This document shows positions 27,688-36,813 of a DNA stretch of 64,000 nucleotides, one piece after another. The translations under genes and the position numbers were made by a program. A model generated the notes under the pieces. That model made no database searches. It was not told where the DNA came from and saw only the letters and a program-made list of their open reading frames with translations. This DNA comes from a virus (taxonomy: Duplodnaviria > Caudoviricetes). Location of the stretch: the IMG/VR virus record IMGVR_UViG_2518645549_000001, positions 32,001-96,000 of that record, one strand, 5' to 3'. Position 1 is the first letter of the stretch; every line of letters begins with the position of its first letter.

Positions 27688-28284
27688 TCAGGCCGCGCGT
27701 CGAATTTTTTCGGCGCGGCGCTCAGCCAGCTTGAGTCGAAGCGCTTCCTTGTAGCTGGCCTTGGCCGCTTTCATGGTACGAGCCCACTCGCCTGCGACCT
27801 CAACAGTCTCGTAGGGCGACCAGTGCGCGAAACGGGTAGGCCTGCGATGCTCGCAGTAGGCGCTGCCGCGTGGGTAGCGCACCATCCGGTATTCATAGTC
27901 TCCCCAGGTGCCGCGCTGCTGGATCTGGGGCTGGTTGATCCCGAGGAAGTGGGCGAAGCCGTCATAGCATTCGCACTCGTCGAGATAGGCATCGAACTTG
28001 GTGTACTTTCGCGGAGGCGGCGGCGGGGGAAGCTTGGCCAGCGCAAACTGCTTCCCTTCAGGCGTTGCCCGGTACACCACGTCATTAGCATCACAGAAGG
28101 CCGGCGCCTTGCCGCGCGTCATCAGTCCAGCCTCTACGAGTACATCCAGGTTATTGGCGTCGTCATAGCCTGGGCTGGTGAGGAAGTGGTTTCTTCCGCC
28201 AGTTCGGCAGCTTGGATTTAGTCCCAGGGTGTGCCAGAGCAGGTTGAGCTGCTTCTCGGTGGCTTCGATCATGACTTTCTCCAT
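27688..28284 (-). CDS. Hypothetical phage protein
   Basis: QLNLLWHTLG...RNHF winged-helix-like N-terminus. Confidence 0.65.
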   Translation of the reverse strand: MEKVMIEATEKQLNLLWHTLGLNPSCRTGGRNHFLTSPGYDDANNLDVLVEAGLMTRGKAPAFCDANDVVYRATPEGKQFALAKLPPPPPPRKYTKFDAYLDECECYDGFAHFLGINQPQIQQRGTWGDYEYRMVRYPRGSAYCEHRRPTRFAHWSPYETVEVAGEWARTMKAAKASYKEALRLKLAERRAEKIRRAA

Positions 28285-28376
28285 GCATGCGCCGCCCTCC
28301 GTGGCCGGATGCGGCATGGTGGCAATTTGGTTTGGGATGGGGTATTGGTATCTATTTAAATCGGGACTGGTAAAGC

Positions 28377-29167
28377 ATGAATAACGCTGCGCGGAGCCTA
28401 GATGTCGAATCCTTCCAGCAGTTCCAAGGCTTTTTGGAGGGGTGCTCTGGCCGGACAAAGTGGGCCTCAGTTAACGCAATTTCCCACCTTCGAAAGTCCG
28501 TAGAAATTTCGAGCATTGACCCGGCTATGGCTGCGTTTCGAGCCGTGTGCGCGGAAGAAGAGGCCGCGACTGCATTGATAAACTCACTGAAAGAGGTGGG
28601 CTATGAGGGCGCAGAAAAACTCTACTTCCGAAAACACGAAGATAAGCATGCCGTAGTTCTATTTGTAGGTACGGTCATGCAGTGGTTTCAAAACCGTAAG
28701 GCGCAGGCAGGCGATCAGTTTGGCCAGCACCGAATTTTTTTGATGACATTGATGGCCGCAACGGCCTACGTTTAGCTATACAACTCGGCCGCTCGAATAC
28801 GGCGGTTCATCCGACACCCCCTTTGCATCTCGTGGTGCAAGGGGCGAGGACGCTAGCGGAAGAATTTCAGGATGAGATGAAGTATCTCCTAGGGCTTGAG
28901 AAGACCCACGAGATCAGACGGCTAATAGATCAACGAGCGAATTTCAGGAACACGCTCTTATATGCAACTCCTACAGGCATTCCGAAACCTGTTGGGGACG
29001 TTAAAGGGTTCATAGATAATCAAATTGGGATCGTTAACCATCTGCTGATAGCCTTGGCATTGATTGACCCATGGCGGCTGCCGAAGTACCCCCTATCGGG
29101 AATAGTTTCCGTGTCAATCGATGTTTTTGTGGATCTCATGGATCGAGTCAGAAAAGACAAGGCCTGA
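28377..29167 (+). pseudogene. HEPN/AbiV-like protein split by -1 frameshift at T7 run
   Basis: AAFRAVCAEEEAA..FRKHEDK in first part, RNTLLY in second; frames join if T-run 28735-28741 gains one T. Confidence 0.6.
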
Positions 29168-29678
29168 GCTCGGGCCTAAGAATCTCGTCCCCTGGATCCT
29201 GCTGAATCATCAGCATGCTCTTCTGGTCGAAGGCCCGGGCCAACTTTGGCGAGATGCTGATCTTATGCCGCGGCGGGGTGAGAAACTTCGCCGCGTGCAG
29301 CGCGCCCAGGGCGTGAATGCCGTTGATCAGCGCCTCGATCATCTGGCTGTATGTGGCGTCGGCCCAGCCGCAGATAGCTCTCAGGTGCTGTCCGGTTCTC
29401 TTCCGGGCTGACAGCCGCAGCGGCTCATTCCGCGCCACAGAACGGTGAGCCTCGATTTCGTGGCGCGCAATCCGGAACAGCGCGTGATGCCCGAGCGCTT
29501 CGATGTGATGAATCATCAGCGTCATCGCCTCGCCCTGTTCCTCGATCCCGGCCCACTCCATCAGCTCCAGCAGGGCCTGCTTAGTCCCTGGTCGAACCTT
29601 CAAGCGCAGGTCTTCTTCCTGCAGGCGCTCGGCCTTCTCGCGCCGTCGCTTGTCGCGCTCTTGCGATGTCATCGCCAT
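29148..29678 (-). CDS. Hypothetical phage DNA-binding protein
   Basis: MAMTSQERDKRRREK N-terminus, repeated RHH-like units. Confidence 0.65.
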   Translation of the reverse strand: MAMTSQERDKRRREKAERLQEEDLRLKVRPGTKQALLELMEWAGIEEQGEAMTLMIHHIEALGHHALFRIARHEIEAHRSVARNEPLRLSARKRTGQHLRAICGWADATYSQMIEALINGIHALGALHAAKFLTPPRHKISISPKLARAFDQKSMLMIQQDPGDEILRPELRPCLF

Positions 29679-29927
29679 ACGGCACCTCCTTCAATCCGCT
29701 GGGCGGGATGTGTATGTGCAGCTGGCGGCGACGCTGCTGCGTTAGCTTCTGGATGCGTCTCATGGGTGGCACACCTCAATGGGCGTTTTCTTCGTCGAGC
29801 CAGACGGCATAACCACCAGTAGACGCTTGTTTCCTCGGTATACGCCCCAAGGCTGACCAGTGGATCTGGCCATGGCCGCCGCGTACTTCACGGCGGGCAC
29901 AGGTTGCGACATCGTGGCGATCATGGC

Positions 29928-30446
29928 CTACCCTCGATTCCGCTGGAGCGGGAAGTCAATGTCGAACTCGGCAATGATGCGCGCGAACCTGCAGTTACCG
30001 ATGCCCAGCTCCAAAGTCACGCCCCACCGGGACTTGCCGGCATCACGCAGGGCAATGATCTTGTCGGCGAGTTCACGATCCTCCTGGCTCGGTTCGGCCT
30101 TTACCTTCGTCGGTCTGTCCGGCTTCGGTGGAGTGAAGAACCTGAATCCTCCCCGCGCTGCTACGCCCCAGAGAGCGGTCTTGGTTTCGCCCAGGAGCTT
30201 TGCGACCTCGCCACAGGTCATGGTCTTGGCGAGCTCTTCTACCTGAGCTGTGCGCGCCTTGGCGCGGCTTTTACGCTCGCCGCCGCGCTCCTGCTTGACT
30301 GGCTTGACCCGCTTCGGCTTCGGCTCAGGGTGATGGCGCTGCCGGAATGGCACGTACTGGAACCCCTCCAGCACAATGATCCGGCCGCCAGACGAGAAGA
30401 AGGCCGCTTTAGCGGCCTCCAGGTCGATTGATTGGTTCATGGTCAC
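29928..30446 (-). CDS. Hypothetical HTH-containing phage protein
   Basis: AAFFSSGGRI N-terminus plus two HTH-like segments. Confidence 0.65.
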   Translation of the reverse strand: MTMNQSIDLEAAKAAFFSSGGRIIVLEGFQYVPFRQRHHPEPKPKRVKPVKQERGGERKSRAKARTAQVEELAKTMTCGEVAKLLGETKTALWGVAARGGFRFFTPPKPDRPTKVKAEPSQEDRELADKIIALRDAGKSRWGVTLELGIGNCRFARIIAEFDIDFPLQRNRG

Positions 30447-30447
30447 C

Positions 30448-31065
30448 TCATGCAGCGATTCCGAGCACGCGATTCATGCGCTCGTCGAGGATTTCGTAGA
30501 AGGTCTTCACGCGCTCGGACAGCTTGCGGATCATCGCCTCGTCACGGTAGGCGCGCTTCACGAACAGAGGCATGCCCGGCCAGTAGCAGATAAAGTCGAT
30601 CCACTCGCGCTCCGATACCCACAGGCCGCCCTGGCACTGGGCAACGTGCTCTTTCGGGATCTCGCCGCCCAGGATCACGTCCACCTGCAGCTTCGGCAGC
30701 TTGGTCTTGATCTCGGTCAGGCCCTTGTCGCCTACCAGGGCGTCCGGCGAGTAGCCCATTCCGTGGTTGAGTATTATTCCGACCTCGGTCGTTTCGACCT
30801 CCTCGCTGTCGCGGTAGAGGTTGCGAGCAACGCCTTCCAGCTCATGGCCTCGCTCGGTATGCCGATTGCCACTGAACGGATCGGCCGCTTCGCCGGTGAT
30901 ACGTTCGCCGATCAGCGTGTTCATGTAGGTGAATGCGCCGGCGCCGAAGCCGGCTTCACCCTTGCCGTTCACGAGCAGGCAGTCCAGTTCACTGCAGGTG
31001 ATGATGCCCAGGCGCAGGTCTAGCCAGGCCTGAGTGCCTTGTTCGACATCTGAGATGATCTGCAT
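30448..31065 (-). CDS. YqaJ/lambda-type exonuclease
   Basis: EQGTQAWLDLRLG, YSPDAL, EIK, QCQGGLWV. Confidence 0.9.
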   Translation of the reverse strand: MQIISDVEQGTQAWLDLRLGIITCSELDCLLVNGKGEAGFGAGAFTYMNTLIGERITGEAADPFSGNRHTERGHELEGVARNLYRDSEEVETTEVGIILNHGMGYSPDALVGDKGLTEIKTKLPKLQVDVILGGEIPKEHVAQCQGGLWVSEREWIDFICYWPGMPLFVKRAYRDEAMIRKLSERVKTFYEILDERMNRVLGIAA

Positions 31066-31068
31066 GGT

Positions 31069-31827
31069 TTACTCCTGCGGCCGGCTGGCCGACTTGGTGA
31101 GGCGAGCGAGCACAACGTCGAACTCGGATTTGTAGACGTTGGCAGCGCAGCCGTACTTGGCGGTGAAGTTGTCGACCAGGACTTGGCTGCATTTTTTCAG
31201 CAGCCCATCGAGTTGGGCGGCTTGGCGCGGTGTGATGACCGGCTCATCAGGCACTTGCATCGGTACGGCTCCTTGGCCGTCATCGTCTTCGCCAGTAGTG
31301 GTGAAGTTCAGAAGAGCGCCGGCCGTGTAGCGCTTCCCGTAGCTGACAGAACTGGCAACGGCCTGGACGGCATTCTTGCTGCCGGTAGCATCGGCTGGCA
31401 GGAGGATTGATGTGGTTTCCCTGTGGCCGTCTCGATGACTAAGCACGCCCTCAACCTCGATGCCTTTGTCGGTGCGTGGAATTCGGAAGGTGAGAGCAAA
31501 GCCGTGCTTCGCCAGGATGGGCTTCAACTCTTCGTTGATGTCCTCCCATAGGGCGTAGGTAGATTGGACGTTCTTGTACTTGTCCTTGATTGCGCCGCGC
31601 TCACGGATAACCGGAAGCTCTTCCTGCATGGCGGCTAGCGCGGCATCGAACGCTTGCTGCGCCTGTTGTGCTTGGTGCTGGCGGTGCATCGCCATCAATC
31701 GCTCCATCTTGTCGATGTCTGCATTGGGGGACATTGCGACTTGCTGGATGATCTGCAGGATGGTCGCCGACTCGGCGGCTACAGCCTGTGGCTGGGAATG
31801 GGTTTCGACCCTGGCTACTTGGCTCAT
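31069..31827 (-). CDS. erf: Erf-family ssDNA annealing recombinase
   Basis: AVASSVSYGKRY...GEDDDG motif. Confidence 0.88.
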   Translation of the reverse strand: MSQVARVETHSQPQAVAAESATILQIIQQVAMSPNADIDKMERLMAMHRQHQAQQAQQAFDAALAAMQEELPVIRERGAIKDKYKNVQSTYALWEDINEELKPILAKHGFALTFRIPRTDKGIEVEGVLSHRDGHRETTSILLPADATGSKNAVQAVASSVSYGKRYTAGALLNFTTTGEDDDGQGAVPMQVPDEPVITPRQAAQLDGLLKKCSQVLVDNFTAKYGCAANVYKSEFDVVLARLTKSASRPQE

Positions 31828-31834
31828 GGCGACC

Positions 31835-32959
31835 TCAGAAGTTGATGGTGATGTTCGGGACTTCGCGGCGGGCGATCTTGAGAACGATGGCCCTGGCCAG
31901 CTCCTCGGTGATGTTCAGTGACATCAACGCTGTTTTGGCCTCGCCCATGACCTTTGCCTTGTGGGCTTGGTCGCGCTCGCGGGCCTCTTGCTGGCGGAGG
32001 ATCTCAGCGGCCGCAGCATCGGCCCGGCGGCGTTCTTCCAGGCGCGCCTGCTCGGCTGCCTCCTCTTGCCGTCGAGCGGCGTCCTGGCGCTCCTGCTCCA
32101 TTCGCTGCTCGGCCGCAACGCGGTCGGCCTCGGCCTGAATGCGAGCGCGCTCGGCTTGCTCGGCCTGCAGCTTGAGTTGCAGGCGCTGGTTCTCGGCTTC
32201 GCGCTCTTGTGCGGCAGCCTGGTCGAGCAGTTCCTGCTCGCGGCGGGCTGCGGCTTCACGCGCTGCCTGCTGCTCTTGGGCCACACGCTGACGCTCGGCC
32301 TCTACTGCGGCCTCCTGTGCCGCTCGGATGCGGTCCTGCTCGGCGCGCTCTTCTGCCTCGCGGCGCAGGCGGGCCAGTTCGGCCTGTTCGGCGTCGTGCT
32401 TCTGGCGGGCGACCAGGGCGGCCTGCAATGCATTCAGAGAAGCCTCTTTGGTCCGAGCTGCCTCAGCCTCGAATTCCTCCCACGCTTCGCCCAACTGGAA
32501 CGCGGAGAGCTCGCTGAGGCGCGCCTGCAGTTGCTCGGCATCCAAGGTGCCAAGCTCGGCGGCCAGGTCCTTCATACGGTTGATTGCGTCGTTGTGGCGG
32601 TCGATCCGAGCATCCTCGGCGGTTTCCCACTCGGTGAGCGGCCGGCGCGTCTCGTCCCGTAGCGCGTCCATTTTGGTCACGAACTCGCGCAGCTCGGCCT
32701 CAACGACCTTCGGCATTTCCTTGAGCCGGCGCAGGTAGTCGCGGCCAGGCTTCTCGACAGCGGTCTTCGACTTGCTGACCTTCGCGGCCAGGCTGGCGAT
32801 GCGCTCGCGGCCCTTGCGGGTGGTCAGATCGGGCACTTCGCCTTCGACCTCACCCTTTACCAGGTTGATGAATTGCTGAAGGCCGCCGGCCACGTAGATG
32901 GCCGGGGCGTTCGCCTCGCTGATCTCTTCGATCTTGATCAGTTTCTGTTGTGCGGACAT
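31835..32959 (-). CDS. Coiled-coil phage protein
   Basis: PDLTTRKGRERIASLAAKVSKSK; long A/E/Q/R coiled coil. Confidence 0.75.
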   Translation of the reverse strand: MSAQQKLIKIEEISEANAPAIYVAGGLQQFINLVKGEVEGEVPDLTTRKGRERIASLAAKVSKSKTAVEKPGRDYLRRLKEMPKVVEAELREFVTKMDALRDETRRPLTEWETAEDARIDRHNDAINRMKDLAAELGTLDAEQLQARLSELSAFQLGEAWEEFEAEAARTKEASLNALQAALVARQKHDAEQAELARLRREAEERAEQDRIRAAQEAAVEAERQRVAQEQQAAREAAARREQELLDQAAAQEREAENQRLQLKLQAEQAERARIQAEADRVAAEQRMEQERQDAARRQEEAAEQARLEERRRADAAAAEILRQQEARERDQAHKAKVMGEAKTALMSLNITEELARAIVLKIARREVPNITINF

Positions 32960-33138
32960 TGGTACACCTCGCGCCAGGCCGGCGCCGTCAGTAGGAATAG
33001 GGGAAATGCCAGGTCACGCCCGTGATGTAAGGCCGAACGCCCTGGCTGTCGGTGATGGTTGCGCGCTCTTGCCGGCTTACGCTCCCTTGCGGGCACGGTT
33101 ATCCCCCGAAGGGGCCCGCCGTACTCGGGCGTCTTGCG

Positions 33139-33255
33139 TCAGCAGGTAATGCAGCCAGCGAGGGCGCTGGCGAGCATGAAGAATGTGCAGGCGAAGAGCA
33201 TGGAGAAGGAGCCGCGCCAAGCCGCGATGCGGCGGGCCCGCTGGTAGCTGGTCAT
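33139..33255 (-). CDS. Small hydrophobic peptide (38 aa)
   Basis: MTSYQRARRIAAWRGSFSMLFACTFFMLASALAGCITC, ATGA-coupled. Confidence 0.45.
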   Translation of the reverse strand: MTSYQRARRIAAWRGSFSMLFACTFFMLASALAGCITC

Positions 33256-33407
33256 TGTTGAAGAGCCCTCAGCTTTTCCTCGCGCGCCTTGATTGCGCAG
33301 TCAGCATGCTGGGTTCGTCAGCCGCCTTGATAGCGCTCGAAGTGGCCGGCGCCCTTGGCCACGTGACCGCCGCAGCGGTAGCAGGTGCCTTGGAATCGGT
33401 TCCTCAT
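33252..33407 (-). pseudogene. Small Zn-finger-like gene with internal TGA
   Basis: MRNRFQGTCYRCG...QGG*RTQHADC...; stop at 33318-33320; both ends coupled by ATGA overlaps. Confidence 0.55.
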
Positions 33408-33625
33408 ACGCGGACCTCATATCCTACGGTCCACTCGCCACACATCCACCAGCTGCGGCTTACTGCCTCGGGGTTTTCGATGAAAGCGTCGGCAGCGGCT
33501 TTCTTGGCGTCGAACAGAGTCGGGCCCTTGAACAGCATCAGCACCCGGTCGGCCGGCATGGCCTGAGCCTCGGGCAGTTCGGCGATCTGCTCGTCGATGA
33601 GCGTTTGAACGATTTGCGTGGTCAT
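33404..33625 (-). CDS. Hypothetical phage protein
   Basis: Coupled ORF. Confidence 0.55.
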   Translation of the reverse strand: MTTQIVQTLIDEQIAELPEAQAMPADRVLMLFKGPTLFDAKKAAADAFIENPEAVSRSWWMCGEWTVGYEVRV

Positions 33626-33816
33626 GCAACCTCCTTGCGCCCATCAACGATCTTGTTGAGGCGCCCGCAGTAGTGGTTGAACTCTTCGATGGTGATGCGC
33701 TGGTCGGCCAGCATTTCAGTGAGGAGCTTGAGGACCATGGCCTGCCAGGACAGTGGCGTCTCCGGGTGAGCCATGGCCTCAAGCTCTTCGTCGATCAGTA
33801 CGTGAGGGCTTTTCAT
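33622..33816 (-). CDS. Hypothetical phage protein
   Basis: Coupled ORF, ITIEEFNHYC. Confidence 0.6.
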   Translation of the reverse strand: MKSPHVLIDEELEAMAHPETPLSWQAMVLKLLTEMLADQRITIEEFNHYCGRLNKIVDGRKEVA

Positions 33817-34229
33817 TGAGCCTCCTCGGCCTGGGCCAGCACTCCTTCTTTGGCGAAGGGGGTGAGCAGCTGGCGGGCGATCTCTTCCAGCGCCGACTCA
33901 GGGTTGGCTACGCTCAGGATCTCGTCGGCTGCCGCTGCGGCATCGCTGATGACCTTGCAGCACGCCGCTAAGACCAAGCGGCCCAACACTGAGTTGCTGA
34001 TATCCGACTGGCCCAGCTGCCCCATAACGAACTCATCCACCGCCTGGGCGAAGCGCTCATAGGTGACACCCTGCTTCGGGCGCATCCGGCGCTGGAACAC
34101 TACGTCGCGGCGCGCCATCAGCTCGGCGATGCCGTCGTCGATCCAAGTGGATTCCGCGTCAGCTACTTCGCTCACTGCTGGCGGCATCCGGTTGTCGTAC
34201 TCAAACTGAGCTGCTCGAAGTGCGCCCAT
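33813..34229 (-). CDS. Hypothetical phage protein
   Basis: GGAGG RBS, AQFEYDNRMPP. Confidence 0.65.
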   Translation of the reverse strand: MGALRAAQFEYDNRMPPAVSEVADAESTWIDDGIAELMARRDVVFQRRMRPKQGVTYERFAQAVDEFVMGQLGQSDISNSVLGRLVLAACCKVISDAAAAADEILSVANPESALEEIARQLLTPFAKEGVLAQAEEAQ

Positions 34230-34435
34230 GGCGTCCTCCTGGTGGTAATGCGGCCGCATTGGCCAGGAGCCAGGCGCGGGTGACCAAACTCACCGTGAAA
34301 GGTGGCCTGGCGCCTGCCAGTGCGGTCGAATGTTGGGAAGGGGATAGGAAAGAAACGGGTCTTGCTGAATGTGGGATGAATCAGAAGAGGAGCCGGCGGT
34401 AGAGGCCTACTCTGAGCCGCCGGCAATAAGAATTT

Positions 34436-34636
34436 TCACTCTACGATGCAGATCCAGCGGTGGTTATGTCGGTACGGCGCTCTGGTAAATGCGACGTCTG
34501 AAACTAGGAACATACCGCGCTTCTGGAGCGCTTCGGTAAGTTGAGCGAGTGTCTCTGCTTCGATAGTCATTGCTGTTACCTCGTCAGATTTACTGCGTTC
34601 ATAAATCCTGACCCAGTAGGCAACTGTTGGATTCAA
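34436..34636 (-). CDS. Hypothetical protein
   Basis: 66-aa AT-rich ORF. Confidence 0.4.
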   Translation of the reverse strand: MNPTVAYWVRIYERSKSDEVTAMTIEAETLAQLTEALQKRGMFLVSDVAFTRAPYRHNHRWICIVE

Positions 34637-34939
34637 TATTTTTGACTCACTTACCTTCGCGACGCCGCGTGAGCACTCGATTTCCCGTCTGGCCCTGTCG
34701 CCAAGGCCAGCCAGTGAAATCTGTGTTTCCTCGCTGCTCGCACTGTGCCAGGCACCGACGCCCGTTCTGAGGGCATCCCGGCAGGGAGCGGTTGCAGCGC
34801 AACCCTTGGCCCGCTTGACGCTTTCAGTGAGGGAGCGCGCCGCATGGCTTCGAGCTGGCCAGTTCCAGAGCTGGCATGGGGATCGAATTTATTGCTCGCG
34901 CTGTGCCGTTGCCGGGATCGATCCGCGAGGTTCTCATAA

Positions 34940-34951
34940 TGTGAAAGAGCG
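34940..34951 (-). promoter_or_regulatory. boxA antitermination element in PL leader
   Basis: CGCTCTTTCACA on minus strand ~50 nt downstream of PL. Confidence 0.6.
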
Positions 34952-35003
34952 GCGGCCGGTGTGGGCCTCTGCAGTCCCTGGTGAGTGACTGCGTGTTGAG
35001 GCA

Positions 35004-35045
35004 AATATCACGCATCGTGTTTTATGCGTCAACACAAAATGTGTT
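35004..35045 (-). promoter_or_regulatory. PL promoter and OL operators
   Basis: TTGACG-N17-GATATT on minus strand; ATCACGCATCGTGTT (35007-35021) and AACACAAAATGTGTT (35031-35045) match OR consensus AACAC-N5-GTGTT. Confidence 0.75.
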
Positions 35046-35059
35046 TATTTTCTCGAGGC

Positions 35060-35245
35060 CGGCAGGGCCTACGCGTCTAGTCGACAATCAACCACCCGAG
35101 CGCCCAAGCTCACCGGGGAGTCATAATTTATTGCCTTGACGACACATGGAGTGGGAGGAGGTGGTTGGACTGCTGACCGTAACTGGCGGCCTTGAGATGA
35201 CGATGTTGGCGTCAAATCGAGTGGGAAATGCAGCGCGATGATTAC
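35060..35245 (+). pseudogene. Possible DUF1654-like remnant
   Basis: Fragments INHPSAQ..IIYCLD and EWEEVVGLL..GLEMT..EW in shifting frames. Confidence 0.3.
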
Positions 35246-35306
35246 TACAAGCTTCCTTTTGACGAATTCGAAGTACTGGAATAAGAAGCGCTATTCTAAA
35301 TGGTAC

Positions 35307-35331
35307 AAAAAAGCCCGCACTGTGCGGGCTT
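35307..35331 (-). terminator. Terminator after glycosyltransferase
   Basis: AAGCCCGCA / TGCGGGCTT stem with A-run on + strand. Confidence 0.7.
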
Positions 35332-35437
35332 GCTGGAAGCTTTAGTAAATTTCGCTGAGAGGGTGCAGAGCGATCAAGCTTCGACTTTTACCTTTCGATC
35401 ATGCAGTATCGGGCATGTTCAACCTTGCGAATTTGTC

Positions 35438-36259
35438 CTAAAGTATCTGCTTAGATGCTGATGTTAGGTCAGTGTCTATCATTTCGCGAGCCTGTGAGAT
35501 AGAAAGTTTCGGGATGATAGACTTTGGGATTCTTGAAGTTGGCGAAAGGTTGTACACCTTGAATTCTTCGTTTACCACGTCAGAGGACATCAACTTTAAT
35601 GACGGTAAAATTCGCTGTTCAAAGTGCTTGTCTAAGCCGCAAGGTGATATGACTGATGCACCATTCTCGTAGAATCTTCCGGCGGACTGGTTCAGATCAA
35701 CACCAACAAGAAAAACCTTTGAGAATCCTAAATGATATGCAATCTGGAGTGCTACATATGCAATGGTTCTCGCATCAAAATAGCCGTACTCCATATTTTT
35801 GCTGAAGCCTATGGAGCGTCCTCGTTTACTCCAGAGTGCCCAGCTACGCGCATGATGATTTTCGCGTTTAAAAATTGCTTGCATGAGCGGAAGCTCAGGT
35901 GCTTTCTCAAGAAAAAAAATTTCTCCTGATGGAGGCTTTGCTAGCTTTTCCGCCTCGGTTTTCCATATGGCTATTCGCTTTGAGCGCTGGATCGCCATTT
36001 CATAGAGGTGAGGTTGTTGCAGGCGAAAACTAGTATCCGAGCAGACATAGAAAAAAGGCTTAATATCGGAGCCTGCGAACATTGCAATGGCGCCGTTCAT
36101 TGTTATAATTGGTATATCTGAAAATTGCTCTAAGGGAAAGTCCTTTGCTGATTTTCCGGATGCAATTATAAAAACCGGGCCTTGCGCTATTTTACGGCAC
36201 GATTCGAAATTTTTAACCCGGGGACTAGTACCCTCTTGATTAGCAATTGCCATTTCCAT
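35438..36259 (-). CDS. WaaZ/RfaZ-like LPS glycosyltransferase (moron)
   Basis: IIASG.SA, ITMNGA, YVCSD..F, IGFS, TIAYVALQIAYHLGF..VFLVG.DL, RFYE; low GC. Confidence 0.75.
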   Translation of the reverse strand: MEMAIANQEGTSPRVKNFESCRKIAQGPVFIIASGKSAKDFPLEQFSDIPIITMNGAIAMFAGSDIKPFFYVCSDTSFRLQQPHLYEMAIQRSKRIAIWKTEAEKLAKPPSGEIFFLEKAPELPLMQAIFKRENHHARSWALWSKRGRSIGFSKNMEYGYFDARTIAYVALQIAYHLGFSKVFLVGVDLNQSAGRFYENGASVISPCGLDKHFEQRILPSLKLMSSDVVNEEFKVYNLSPTSRIPKSIIPKLSISQAREMIDTDLTSASKQIL

Positions 36260-36535
36260 TGTGACTCATACATCCTGTTGACGGTAAACTGACCAATTTA
36301 GGCATTATTATTCCATGAATCCAATAATTTTAGTGTGGATTCTCGGTGTGTGGGCGCAGCTTAATTAAAAGAGCCAGATTTGGGCGGCGTTTTTAGATAG
36401 GGGGCCGCGAGACTTGCGGCCGAGTTGATACTAGTGAGTCTCATAGTGCACTCCATGTGTTGGTGACATCTTGGCGACTACCGTCGCCACCGCTCTCATT
36501 TTTCGTGCGGGGGACTAGACTGACGCTTACTTTCT

Positions 36536-36811
36536 TTACCTCGTTACTATTTCGGTCGATCCTAACGCCTCGCAAGGATTCTTGACGCGGACGATAAGCC
36601 CCAGATGGGTTTCCTCTGCATATCCGGTGAGCCTTTCCTCGCCGTCCTTAAAAGATCGGCACATCCTCAGTAAGGCTTGAGCATCAGCATCATTACCGGA
36701 CAGGCTGATACGCTCAGCAATCCGTTTTAGCTCAACCACTGACCACTTGAGATCAGAGGCCAACCCTTGGAGGTCGCGGCGGAGTTCTTGGTTGGGCTTG
36801 GTTAGTGACAT
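36536..36811 (-). CDS. Hypothetical protein cotranscribed with cI
   Basis: MSLTKPNQELRRDL, starts 2 nt after cI stop. Confidence 0.6.
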   Translation of the reverse strand: MSLTKPNQELRRDLQGLASDLKWSVVELKRIAERISLSGNDADAQALLRMCRSFKDGEERLTGYAEETHLGLIVRVKNPCEALGSTEIVTR

Positions 36812-36813
36812 GG

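Noticed and set aside
31835-32959. TolA or repeat element
   Set aside because: Low-complexity coiled coil of a common phage early protein, no TM anchor
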